Shown here one piece after another: positions 1 through 9,923 of a DNA stretch of 21,743 bases. Numbering within the stretch: the first letter of the stretch is position 1; every line of letters begins with the position of its first letter. The stretch is from an uncultured Chloroflexia bacterium (GTDB lineage: Bacteria; Chloroflexota; Anaerolineae; B4-G1; SLSP01): assembly GCA_963751345.1 (NCBI GenBank), contig CAVVUS010000031.1:1-21743 (forward strand), read 5' to 3'. Made by a program: the position numbers and the translations under genes. The notes under the pieces are model-generated. The model searched no databases. It saw only the letters and a program-made list of their open reading frames with translations, and was not told where the DNA came from.

Positions 1-8
1 TCGCAAGC

Positions 9-761
9 CTAGGGCAGCGTATCGAGCTGGTGGTTCGTGACGAAGGGGACGAACCCGTGGGCTAGGGCACGCTTGATCGCCTTGGCCCTCAGAGCGTGGT
101 CGCCGGGCGCCGCGTAATCGAGCGCCAGCAGCACATGCCGGTCGAAGGTCGCCTGTAGCTCCAGGGCTTTCTGCGTCGTCCACGCGAGGTCCGCGCCGAG
201 CCACGATCTGTAGCGAGTGCCGTCGTAGTGGCTCGTGAACGCCTCGAAGACCACGCCGTCAGCCACCTCGCGAACTGTCGCCATGATTGAAAACCCACGG
301 TTGACGAGCAGGCTGGTCTCCGGGTAGGCAGCACGGATCCGACGCATGAGCTCCTCAACTCCCGGTCGTGTATCCGCCACTCGATCCTGCACATCCACTG
401 TGTCGAGGAAGAGTCCACTGAAGCCCGCCTCCAGCAGGCGTGGCACCAGATCGTCGAGCACGTGATCCTGCCACAGCAATGATCGGCAGTCCACCAGACC
501 CGTACCCCACTTCGGGTTCACCATGGGTCTGCCGGTATCGGGATCGAGGATCTGCCACGGGCCCTCCGCTTCGGATCCGAAGGCTTCTCCCAACGATAGA
601 TAAGCGAACGTCCGCGTGTCTGCTTCCTCAAGGGAGCTGATCTCTTGAGGCGTGTAGTGAGTAGCCTGCAGGATCACCAGATTGTAATCTGAAAGCTGCG
701 CGATGCGGCCCATACCGTAATAGCACGCGTATCGCGTTGGTAGTGCCAGTTGCATACGCAT
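9..761 (-). CDS. PelA-like (GH166/GH114-clan) endo-alpha-1,4-polygalactosaminidase-type glycoside hydrolase
   Basis: Intact 250 aa ORF with YACYYG...YNLVIL, FAYLSLGE, W-x-D..W, GFSGLFLDTVD, LLVNRGF, VADGVVFEAF, LALDY and GFVPFV, the motif order of the PelA hydrolase TIM barrel. SD-like AGGGGGA lies upstream on the minus strand. Confidence 0.8.
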   Translation of the reverse strand: MRMQLALPTRYACYYGMGRIAQLSDYNLVILQATHYTPQEISSLEEADTRTFAYLSLGEAFGSEAEGPWQILDPDTGRPMVNPKWGTGLVDCRSLLWQDHVLDDLVPRLLEAGFSGLFLDTVDVQDRVADTRPGVEELMRRIRAAYPETSLLVNRGFSIMATVREVADGVVFEAFTSHYDGTRYRSWLGADLAWTTQKALELQATFDRHVLLALDYAAPGDHALRAKAIKRALAHGFVPFVTNHQLDTLP

Positions 762-864
762 TTAGTCCCCCCTGATTCCCTCCGGTTGGGTCAGTCCATA
801 CATTATAGACGATGTTGCACCCGCTGCCCTGTCACCCTTACTCTTACCATAATCATACTCACTC

Positions 865-893
865 TTGCTTTATGGTTGTATTATGACTATAAT
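865..893 (+). promoter_or_regulatory. sigma70-type promoter of first GH114 gene
   Basis: TTGCTT (865-870), 17 nt spacer, TATAAT (888-893) in an AT-rich intergenic region. SD GGAGG at 903-907 precedes ATG 917. Confidence 0.65.
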
Positions 894-916
894 GTGAGGT
901 ATGGAGGTATTACATA

Positions 917-3155
917 ATGGTAAGCGAGATGTGTTTCAGGGTTGGCCGTTGGATGCGGGCCGCGGCGAAGAGCGCTGCGGTGCTCATTCTCCTGCTGGTC
1001 CCCATACCGATGGCACAGGTGCCGGCACTGGCCGCAGCACCCGATATCGAGACACCAGCAGCGCAAGCCGCCGATCCGCCGTATAGGGTGTTTGTGCCCC
1101 TCCTGCGGCGTGATCCGGCACCTTCCCCTTCAACACCCACACCTTCACCTATACAGGCCCCCGGCGGGGCCGACTGGTCCTCAGTAGAGACCTGGGTTTA
1201 TCAGCTATCGAGCTACACCGATGATCGCCTGGATGAGATCGCAGCGAGCGGTTTTGATCTGGCTGTGATCGATCTGGCTCGCGACGGTAGCAGCGACTAC
1301 TGGTCGCGCAGCGAGATCAATGCACTCCAGGCAACCGGTACGGTCGCATTGGCCTACTTCGAAGTTGGGGCTATCGAGAACTACCGGCCGGAGTGGGGGG
1401 ACGTCCCGGCTGATATGAAGCTGGGGGCTGTCTCGGGATGGCCATCAGAGCAATATGTGGCCTATTGGGACCCACGTTGGTGGCCGATAGTGCAAGGACG
1501 CGTCGACCAGGCGATTGCCGCGGGTTTCGACGGTGCCTACCTGGACATGATCGTGACTTATGAGGAGATCCCTGCCGGCTCAGCCGGGACCAACCGGGCC
1601 GATCTGGCCCAGAAGATGGTGGATCTGATCGCGCGCCTTTCGACGTACGCCAAGGCGCAGGATCCGGACTTCAAAGTTGCACCGCAGAACTCGCCCGAGC
1701 TACGGAAGTACAATGGCTACCTGGGCGCGATCGACGGGCTGGGCATGGAGGAGCTGTACTTCAAGGCCACAGACCGTGCTTGCACGCAGAACTGGTGCTA
1801 TGAGAACCAGAAGAACGCTGCAGCGGTGGCGGGTGCAGGGAAATTGTGTCCTGACGATCGATTACGCCAATGACCCGGCCAATATCGACAGGGCGTACGA
1901 GCAGTCGTTGGCCGCCGGTTTTGTGCCCTACGTGAGTGTCGTCAACCTGAATGTTGTGCGACTCAACTCCCCCTGGAAACCACACCCGGTTCATCCGCCG
2001 CACCCGGGCGACCCGACGTCCACCCCGACCCCAACCGGTACACCTGACCCAACCGCTACTCCCGTGCCAACGTCGACGCCAACAACCACGGCCACAGCCA
2101 CCTTGACACCCACAAGTTCACCTACGGCATCGGCGACGCCGACGAGCCCGCCCACGGCGACGCCGCAGCCCACCAATACACCTACGCCGACGGCGACACC
2201 CACGGCAACCCCGACATCCACGAGCCCGCCAACGGCGACGCCGCAGCCCACCAATACACCTACGCCGACGGCGACGCCCACGGCGACCCCGACACCTACG
2301 AATACGCCTACACCCACCCCAACTGCACCGGCGGGCGGGGGCAACTGGGAGTCGGTAGCCGACTGGGTCTATCAGCTCAGCGGCTATCAGAACGATAGCT
2401 TGAACCAAATCGCCGCAAGCAACTTCGATCTGGCGGTCGTGGACCTGGCACGTGACGGTGAAGCGGATTACTTCACGCGGGCCGAGGTGCAGACAGCACG
2501 GGCTACAGGCAAGACTATGCTGGCCTACTTCGAAATCGGGGCCATCGAGAACTACCGCCCGGAGTGGGGGGATGTCCCGGCGGATATGAAGCTGGGCGCC
2601 GTCGACGGATGGCCTTCGGAGCAATATGTGGCCTACTGGGATCCGCGCTGGTGGCCGATCGTGCAGGGCCGGGTTGACCAGGCCCTGGCAGCAGGCTTCG
2701 ATGGCTGCTATCTGGACATGATCGTGACCTATGAGGAGATCCCCGCGGGCGCCGCAGGCACCAACCGTGCCGATCTGGCACAGAAGATGGTGGACCTGGT
2801 CGCGCGCCTGTCGGCCTACGCCAAGGCACAGGACCCTGACTTCAAGGTGGTGCCGCAGAACTCCCCGGAGCTGTGGACGAACCCGGGCTATCTGAGCGCC
2901 ATCGACGGCCTGGGTATGGAAGAGCTCTACTTCATGGCGACGGACAAGGCCTGCAGTCAGAGCTGGTGCAATGAGAACCGCGACAATGCTGCTGCGATCG
3001 CAGCAGCCGGGAAGCTCGTGCTGTCGATTGACTACGCCAAGAATCAGGCGAACATCGCCAGCGCCTATACCCAGTCATTGGCCGCGGGGTTCGTGCCCTA
3101 CGTGAGCGTGGTGGCACTTGACGTGGTGCGTATCAACCCGGGGTTCGAGCCTTGA
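917..3155 (+). CDS. Secreted tandem GH114-family (TM1410/MJ1477/Ega3-like) glycoside hydrolase: signal peptide, GH114 domain, Pro/Thr linker, GH114 domain; 1-nt frameshift near 1849
   Basis: ORFs 917-1873 and 1677-3155 join at 'ggg aaa ttg t gtc ctg acg atc gat tac', which reads GKLVLTIDY once one base is removed and so matches the paralogues. Both domains have W(V)YQL, FDLAV(I/V)D, AYFE(V/I)GAIENYR, GFDG(A/C)[17 protein letters not shown] and GFVPYV. Confidence 0.8.
2142..2297 (+). repeat. 78-bp (26 aa) tandem duplication inside the Pro/Thr-rich linker
   Basis: [25 protein letters not shown] occurs twice, starting at 2142 and 2220. Confidence 0.85.
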
Positions 3156-3227
3156 TCTTCAGCCCCTGAGATTTACTCAGCCGACCGGGTCGGGAGCACT
3201 CCCGTACGTCGCTTCCGGCCCGGTCGT

Positions 3228-3260
3228 GAGATGGCACCCATCGGGTGCCATCTCTTGCTT
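3228..3260 (+). terminator. Putative intrinsic terminator hairpin after first GH114 gene
   Basis: Perfect 12-bp stem GAGATGGCACCC-ATC-GGGTGCCATCTC followed by TTGCTT, a weak U-tract. Confidence 0.55.
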
Positions 3261-3282
3261 ATAGTTGCATTCTAATTATAAT
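3255..3282 (+). promoter_or_regulatory. sigma70-type promoter of second GH114 gene
   Basis: TTGCTT (3255-3260), 16 nt spacer, TATAAT (3277-3282). The spacer resembles that of the 865-893 promoter. Confidence 0.6.
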
Positions 3283-3288
3283 GGCGTA

Positions 3289-4364
3289 ATGGGTTTGCGA
3301 ATGATAACCACAAGAACCACGTTCCTCGTCGGAAGCCGCCTGCGTGCACTTGGTGCAGTTCTCGTTCTGGCGGGAGTCACGCTCGCGCCGGTTCAGCATG
3401 CCAGGTCGTCCGATCTGGATGGGAGTGCCTCCGGTGTGACAGCTGCAGCGCCCGCCGCCACCGAGGGGACGCATGTCTACCTGCCGCTTGTCCAAGACGG
3501 CAGGTCCCCGATTCTCCCTCAGCCGACTCCGGTCCCACCGTCCGATGATGGCAACTGGAACGGCGTCGCGAACTGGGTCTACCAACTGAGCGGTTACCCC
3601 AACGATCGTCTCGACCAGATCGCCGGTTCGCGCTTCGATCTGGCGGTGGTCGACCTCGCCCGCGACGGAAGCGATGACTACTTCACACGCGCCGAGGTCG
3701 GGGCTGCCCAGGCGACGGGCAAGCTGATGCTGGCCTATTTCGAGATCGGCGCCATCGAGGACTATCGTCCCGAATGGGGTGACGTTCCGGCGGACATCAG
3801 ACTCGGCGCTGTGGACGGGTGGCCCTCCAGCAGTACGTAGCCTACTGGGATCCTCGCTGGTGGCCGATCGTGCAGGGCCGGGTCGACCAGGCGCTTGCGG
3901 CGGGCTTCGACGGCTGCTATCTCGATATGATCGTGACCTACGAGGAGATCCCGGCCGGCGCCGCAGGCACCAATCGGGCGGATCTGGCTCGAAAGATGGT
4001 CGACCTGATCGCGCGTCTCTCGGCTTACGCCAAGGCGCGGGATCAGGGCTTTAGGGTAGTCCCACAGAACTCACCGGAGTTACGTGAGGTCTCAGGCTAT
4101 CTGGACGCGGTCGACGGGCTGGGCATCGAGGAGCTCTACTTCCTGGCCACTGACAAGGCGTGCACCCAGAGCTGGTGCTACGAGAACCGGGATCACGCTG
4201 CGGCGATTAGGGCGGCGGGGAAGCTCGTGCTGACCATCGACTACGCCAACAAACAGGCCAACATCGATGGCGCCTACAAGCAGTCTTCGGCCGCGGGTTT
4301 CGTGCCCTACGTGAGCGTCCGGGACCTCGACGTCGTGCGACTCAACCTCGGTTGGGAGCCGTAA
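3289..4364 (+). CDS. Secreted single-domain GH114-family glycoside hydrolase (paralogue); 1-nt frameshift near 3828
   Basis: ORFs 3265-3840 and 3819-4364 join at 'ggg tgg ccc tcc (g)ag cag tac' = GWPSEQY, as in the paralogues. Hydrophobic signal region and HVYLPLVQ motif precede the domain. The start is placed at ATG 3289 (or 3301) because TTG 3265 lies upstream of the -10 box. Confidence 0.8.
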
Positions 4365-4388
4365 AGACGATACGGTAGGTCTATCTGT

Positions 4389-4562
4389 AACCTTTCGAAG
4401 GTGGCCCGAGCATCGGCCTGATGCCGCCGACCCTCGGGCTTGACCTATCGCGAGGTCGGTTGAATGACAACCTTGCGAAGGTCGTGTCGCGCCTTCTCTT
4501 GTGGGCGCCGGCGTTTACGCAATCACTGTCGAAGCGAGGCCCGGTCGTAACCTTGGCAAGGT
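4389..4562. repeat. Three AACCTT-N3-AAGGT palindromes at exact 80-bp spacing
   Basis: Copies start at 4389, 4469 and 4549. A degenerate copy GACCT-N6-AGGTC lies at 4442-4457. Confidence 0.75.
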
Positions 4563-4586
4563 TTACAGCTCCGTTAGGAGGCGACG

Positions 4587-6531
4587 ATGCGACGTCGGTG
4601 GTTATTTGGCATCCTGATTCTGTTGGCGCTGGCGGTGCGCCCGACGTACGCCGCGCCCGCTCCACCGGAGGATTTCGGCGGCGGGCCGATCGAGCCCCCG
4701 CGGTCTGAGATTTCCGACGCGGAATGGGCGCTCGATGCAGCGCGACGTCGATACGGCCATTGCGCTGCTGGAGGCCGACGGTCGCCTCTCCGCGGCGAGC
4801 GGGGAGGCCGTCTCCTTCGGCTGGCCGCTGCGCGCGGCCGGGCTCACCGACTACGGCTACCACGGCGTCTCGGGCTTCGTCGATCACAATCCTGCCACGG
4901 GCGCGTGCTCGACTATACGTGCGGCAATCGGTCCTACGATCTGAGCAGCGGCTACGATCACCAGGGCACCGACTTCTTCACGTATCCCTATCCCTGGCTC
5001 AAGGTGGAGCAGTCCGAGGTCGAGGTCGTCGCCGCCGCACCGGGTACCCTGATCTACCGGCACGATGGCGAGTACGACCAGCAGTGCGCCATGACCGGCG
5101 CCACCTCCAACTCCGTCGTCATCCGCCACGCCGATGGCACGCTGGCCTACTACCTGCACATGAAGAACGGCTCCCTTACGCCCAAGGGCGTCGGGGCAAC
5201 GATCGCGGCAGGGGAGTACCTGGGCGTCGTCGCGAGTTCGGGCAGCTCCACCGGCCCCCACCTGCACTTCGAGGTGCGGTCGGCGGATAACCGGGTCCTC
5301 GACCCCTTCCACGGTGCCTGCAATGCCTCCGCCTCGCTGTGGGCCGAGCAGCCCCCCTACTACGATTCGGCCGTCATCGCCGTCCACACCGGAGACGCGC
5401 CGCCCTACCGGCCCGCCTGCCCCGGCGTCGAGACGCCGCACATCGAGGATCATTTCGCGCCCGACGACACCGTCTACTTTCGTGACCACCTATCGCGACC
5501 AGCTTGCCGGGCAGGAGAGCGTCTATCGCGTCATCCGCCCCAACGGCACCACTTACCGCACCTGGAGCTATGCCAGCACCTACGCCCACTACACCGCCTC
5601 GTACTGGTATTGGTCGATGGGGCTCGATCGCGACGGCACGCCGCCGCTCGGGACCTGGCGCTTTGAGGTCGACTTCGAGGGTCAGACGTACGAGACCGAG
5701 TTTCACGTCAGCGTGCCTACGGCCATCACCGTGACCTATCCCAACGGCGGCGAGGCATGGCCCGCGGGCGGCGTGCTGCCCATCGTCTGGAAGGACACGG
5801 TGAGCGGCGACGTCGGGATCGACCTCTACGCAGGCGGGGTGTTGGCCCGGCAGGTCGCCACGCCACGGCGAGCGACGGCGTCACCTTCTGGGGCATTCCG
5901 GCCGACCTGGCGCCGCGGACCGACTACCAGATCCGGATCACCGACCTGGCGAACGCCGGCGTCTTTGACGAGAGCGACGCAGCCTTCACCATCGCGCCCG
6001 TGCCCACGGCGGACTTCGTCGCGGCGCCGGTCGAGGGCGTCGTCCCGCTGACCGTGACCTTCACCGACACCTCCACCTCGCTGGTGGACGCGTGGGGGTG
6101 GGGCTTTGGCGACGGGATCACGTCGACGGTGCAGAACCCGTCCCACGTCTACAGCGCCACCGGCGTCTACACCGTCTCACTGTCGGTAGCCGGCCCCACC
6201 GGCAGCGACGCGATCACGCGCACGAACGCCATCACGGTCACCCCACCGCCGTTGCCGCGGCCTTCACGGGCACCCGCTGCTGGGTACCCCGCCGCTCACC
6301 GTGACCTTCACCGACCGCACGACCGGCCCGCCGGTCGAGACCTGGGCGTGGGTCTTTGGCGACGGCGTCACGAGCACGCTGGCGTCCCGAGCACGCCTAT
6401 ACGCAGACCGGCGTCTACACCGTCACGCTCGACGTCGCTCAGGTGAGGAGGCGGACACTCTCGTCCGCCCCGCCTACGTCCACGTCGTCGACGAGGTGTG
6501 GTCGGCGTACTTGCCGCTAGTCTTGCGGTAG
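4587..6531 (+). CDS. Secreted M23-family metallopeptidase with Ig-like region and two PKD domains, C-terminal YLPLVLR motif; multiple frameshifts
   Basis: SD AGGAGG and signal peptide MRRRWLFGILILLALAVRPTYAA. M23 motifs HQGTD, YLHM and GSSTGPHLHFEVR. PKD motifs PTADF..P.EGVVPLTVTFTDTS..W.W.FGDG..ST.QNPSHVY..G.YTVSL and a second VTFTDRT..WAWVFGDG. The pieces lie in ORFs 4587, 4735, 5314, 5757 and 6301 and end AYLPLVLR-TAG. Confidence 0.75.
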
Positions 6532-6568
6532 TCTTTCTCCCTCCTCTACCGTGGGGGAGGCTTGCGAT

Positions 6569-6600
6569 GATGGGTCCGATCTTCCGAGATTGGACCAATC
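6569..6600. repeat. Degenerate copy of dispersed palindrome GATTGG(A/T)CCAATC-TTCCG(G/A)-GATTGG(A/T)CCAATC
   Basis: gatgggtccgatc-ttccga-gattggaccaatc lies between convergent genes. The perfect copy is at 13844-13875. Confidence 0.7.
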
Positions 6601-6609
6601 TATTACCTC

Positions 6610-7742
6610 CTACGGTAGCCCCCACCGCGTCCACAACAGACTGCACGGCTCGCCTGCGCGCACCTTCTGGTAATAGACGGTGAAGAGTGAGCCGTCGGGC
6701 AGCTCGACGCTCGCGGGATAGCCGAGGTCGCCGTCGGGGCCGTCGTCGCGCAGCATGAGCCTGCCTCCCAGCTTTCCCCTCGTCATAGCTGACCATCGCG
6801 CGTTCCCCGAAGGGGGCCAGCCGGTAGCCGTAGACGGCGACGAGCGCGCCCGCCGGAGTGGCGGATGAGGTGCGGCGGAGAGCCGTGGAAGCCCAGCGGC
6901 TGCGCCGTCGTCCACGTGCGCCCGCCGTCGCCGGACGTGGTCTGCATCATCGAGAAGTCGGGGATCCCGGCGTCCGCCAGCAGAGGCGCCGCCCCGTGGT
7001 TCTGGATGCGGATGAGGCCGAGCAGCCGGTCGTCTCCAAGCGCGACGACGTGGGGCTCGTGGTAGTGCTCCGCGACCGTGTGCGGCGCCAGGGGCACCGT
7101 GCCCAGCTGGTGCCACGTGACGCCACGGTCCTCGCTGCGCCACGCCTGGATGGCCTCGCCGCGCCCGTGCGTGAAGACCTTGCCGAGGTAGAGCAGCGCA
7201 TGCCCGTCGGGGAGCAGGACAGGACCGTGCGGAGCGGTGACAGGGACGTGGCGTGGGGGACCCCAGGTGTCGCCGCCGTCGTCGCTGACGCGCGTCCACG
7301 ATCCGAGCCAGCGGTCGATGCCGGCGTCTGTGAGGCGCCGGAAGCCATCCTCATAGCGACGGACCGCCGCGGGATCCGCCAGGTCGCGATAGCTCTTCGC
7401 GACGTCGTAGCGGCGGGTGTCGGACGTGAACCACGTGACGAGCAGCGCAGCGCCACCGAGGCTGACGATGCCGGCATCGCGGTCGTCGATGGGCAGGTCG
7501 TTGATGACCGTGGGTGTGGTCCACGTGCGGCCCTCGTCGCGGCTGCGCAGCAGCACCGTGCGCCCGAAGGGGTCCACGTGGGTGTGGCGGAAGCCCGAGG
7601 CCACGACCAGCAGGTCGCCGTCGTCGGTGCGCGCGACGCTGGGCCACCCGAAGTATCCGAAGAACTCGCCGGGCAGCGTGCAGACGACGCCGTGTTCCGC
7701 CTCGACGGGCCGCGGCGCGTGGTTCACGACCGGTGCGGACAT
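6610..7742 (-). CDS. BNR/Asp-box beta-propeller, sialidase-like (exo-alpha-sialidase family) protein; frameshifts near 6850 and 6770
   Basis: SD AAGGAGG before ATG 7742. YFGWPSVAR, Asp-boxes SRDEGRTW, SDDGGDTW, SEDRGVTW, SGDGGRTW and SYDEG, plus DDRD, HEPH, and DLGYPASVELPDGSLFTVYY in the shifted frame. Confidence 0.75.
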
Positions 7743-7919
7743 AGGAGCCTCCTTAGGATGACGATGGTGGTCAGTCTGTGCCAATTCGATGGGACGTGCA
7801 TCAGGTATCCGGAGTGCGGTGGCCTACAGCGCACGAAGGCGTGGGCACTGGGGCGGAAGTGTCGTGACATACCCCCACCGTTCAGAGCGGCACGTGGGGC
7901 ATCCTGATCGCAGGTCGGG

Positions 7920-9251
7920 TCATTCGGCGGCGTCACCTGCGGCCTGTAATTCCACGTCAGGCCGGTTGATCCCCGGTCCCTTCAGCAAGTACCACGGACG
8001 GTGCATATCCAGTACCTGGGGACGGATCCCTTTGACGAGACCGATCACGACGAGCATCGCCAGGCCACCGGCGAACCCGTTGTTGTAGAGGTTCATGAAG
8101 CCGTGCAGGCTGCCCACGTGCATCACCATCGGGAGGTGCACCGCTCCGACGACCAACCCGGCGAAGAAGCCGAACTGGCCGGCGATCGGCGCGAGCGTGG
8201 TGCAAAAGAGGGCTGCCAGCAGCGGGCCCGGCTCAGCGTGGGTCCAGACCTTGGGAATGCACATCAAGTACACGCCCAGCATGATTGGGAAGATATTGCG
8301 CAGGTGCTTGCCCAGCGCACCAAAGGCGACGATGGTCAGCACACCTGCCAGCGTCGCCCCGTTGACGTCGCCGCCGACGATCAGGATGTAGGCGAGACCC
8401 AGAAGCCCCACGAGGCCCATGTCGACCAGTGTGGTCGGCAGGCCGGCGATCTCGACAAAGTCGGTGGAGAGCTTGCCCGTCTCGTCGCCGATCTTCCGGT
8501 ACGAGGACCAGTTGGCGCCCCAGATGAAACCCAACGCGATGAGTATAAGGCAGACCGCGAGGGCCAGGGCCGCCAGGAACTCGGTGTACTGGGTTGACCA
8601 GTAGAAGGCCGGCGTGATCTCGAGGCCGAAACCCCGCATCATCATATAGGCTACCATCCCCACAAACCCACCGGTTGTCCCGGTGTTGTAGAGGTTGTAT
8701 CCGAGATGCATACTGTAAATGTGTCCCATCAGCGCGGCCAGCAGGAAACCACCGAGAAGCCCCACGGCAACGGCACCGATCAGGCCGGCGAGCCCGAAGT
8801 CAAAGCCGAAGGCCATCTGTCCGACCAACGGCCCCAGCGTGGTCCCAAACAGATAGGGGGCCAGCAAGTCCGCCTGTTCACGTCCCGCCACAACCCCGTA
8901 GAGATAGATCCCCCCGAATATGGGGAGGGTGTTCAGGGGATTCTTGCCGAAGAATGCGAACCCCATCATCGTGAAGGCGCCGGCGAGGAGGTAGCCCGTG
9001 AACTTAGCACCAATGGCCCAAGGAATGGCCAGCGCGATCAACGTTACCAAGCCGGCGTTCACCAAGGCGGCCCCGAGGTTCGCGAGCGCTACATAGTCCG
9101 TGATCAGGATGCCGGGTGAGGTGAAGATCGTGCCCAGCCCCGCAATGACATCGCGCGGCGGTGTCACGAGGAATCCAAGCGTGATGAGGCCGAAGCTGAA
9201 ACCCAACAGCAGCATGGTGATGCGACGCCGGTTCTGAGCAGCCGGATCCAT
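7920..9251 (-). CDS. DUF1576-like polytopic membrane protein
   Basis: Two internally repeated halves (LITDY...GAALVNAG...FGKNPLN...FGTTLGP...GYNLYNTG and LSTDF...FGKHLRN...FCTTLAP...FMNLYNNGF) with many TM helices. SD GAAGGGGGA precedes ATG 9251. Confidence 0.75.
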   Translation of the reverse strand: MDPAAQNRRRITMLLLGFSFGLITLGFLVTPPRDVIAGLGTIFTSPGILITDYVALANLGAALVNAGLVTLIALAIPWAIGAKFTGYLLAGAFTMMGFAFFGKNPLNTLPIFGGIYLYGVVAGREQADLLAPYLFGTTLGPLVGQMAFGFDFGLAGLIGAVAVGLLGGFLLAALMGHIYSMHLGYNLYNTGTTGGFVGMVAYMMMRGFGLEITPAFYWSTQYTEFLAALALAVCLILIALGFIWGANWSSYRKIGDETGKLSTDFVEIAGLPTTLVDMGLVGLLGLAYILIVGGDVNGATLAGVLTIVAFGALGKHLRNIFPIMLGVYLMCIPKVWTHAEPGPLLAALFCTTLAPIAGQFGFFAGLVVGAVHLPMVMHVGSLHGFMNLYNNGFAGGLAMLVVIGLVKGIRPQVLDMHRPWYLLKGPGINRPDVELQAAGDAAE

Positions 9252-9454
9252 ATGTCCCCCTTCTTTGGTGGCACGCAGGCCAGGAGAGCACGACATTCCA
9301 GACCCTATGCAGCCCCAGGCCCACTTGCGGGTCACGGTTGCCCCGAGAATCTACGGAGCGGTTGTCAAGCAACGCAGCAGACACCGTGGCTGAGATCATA
9401 GCCGACTCGAGCGATTTGGCAAAGGTCATGTCCGAGCCTTCAGAGGCGGGCGGG

Positions 9455-9483
9455 TTGACGGTCGACGACTCCGGGCGTATGCT
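9455..9483 (+). promoter_or_regulatory. sigma70-type promoter upstream of GNAT/MBL genes
   Basis: TTGACG (9455-9460), 17 nt spacer, TATGCT (9478-9483). Confidence 0.5.
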
Positions 9484-9528
9484 CGGTGCTATCGACTGAC
9501 GATGCAAGGAGATCAGGAGGCGGTTCCG

Positions 9529-9833
9529 ATGGATCACGTCGATGCAGTGCTGCGACCCTACCGCGAGGGCGACCTACCGCGGCTGCAGGATATCGCCGTG
9601 GCGGCCTGGGAGCCCGTGTTTGCGTCCTTTCGCTCTAAACCGCCGTCCTCGACGAAATGCGCGTCGCGGGGTTGCGTTGCGTCCAGGTGAGTACCGGCGG
9701 CGACGATTCGCACGCCCCCGCCCGCCGTGCCTACGAGAAGGCCGGCTTCCGTCCGGGCGTGCCGAGCCTGACGCTTTACCGGGAGCTGACGAACAACGAT
9801 CCTGCACCCACGCCGGGGCAGGTCGACGATTGA
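9529..9833 (+). pseudogene. GNAT acetyltransferase with central deletion
   Basis: SD AGGAGG, then N-terminus MDHVDAVLRPYREGDLPRLQDIAVAAWEPVFASFR. Near 9640 it shifts frame to AVLDEMRVAGLRCVQVSTGGDDSHAPARRAYEKAGF...TLYREL, a GNAT C-terminus (motif B). The acetyl-CoA-binding motif A region is absent. Confidence 0.65.
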
Positions 9834-9923
9834 GCGCGATATGCCAACGTGAAAACGTCGCAACGTACGGGCGTGTAACCAACAACCTATGACCGTGAGC
9901 TGAAGACTGGAGTGAGGTGAGCC

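Noticed and set aside
1840-1860. Programmed frameshift giving one- versus two-domain GH114
   Set aside because: The shift falls inside the first catalytic barrel, and similar indels occur throughout the window.
1991-2344. Val/Gly-rich 117 aa minus-strand ORF
   Set aside because: It is the reverse complement of the Pro/Thr linker.
4389-4562. Mini-CRISPR or integron attC array
   Set aside because: The conserved unit is only 14 nt with 66-nt gaps. There are no attC R-box/L-box structures flanking ORFs and no cas or integrase gene.
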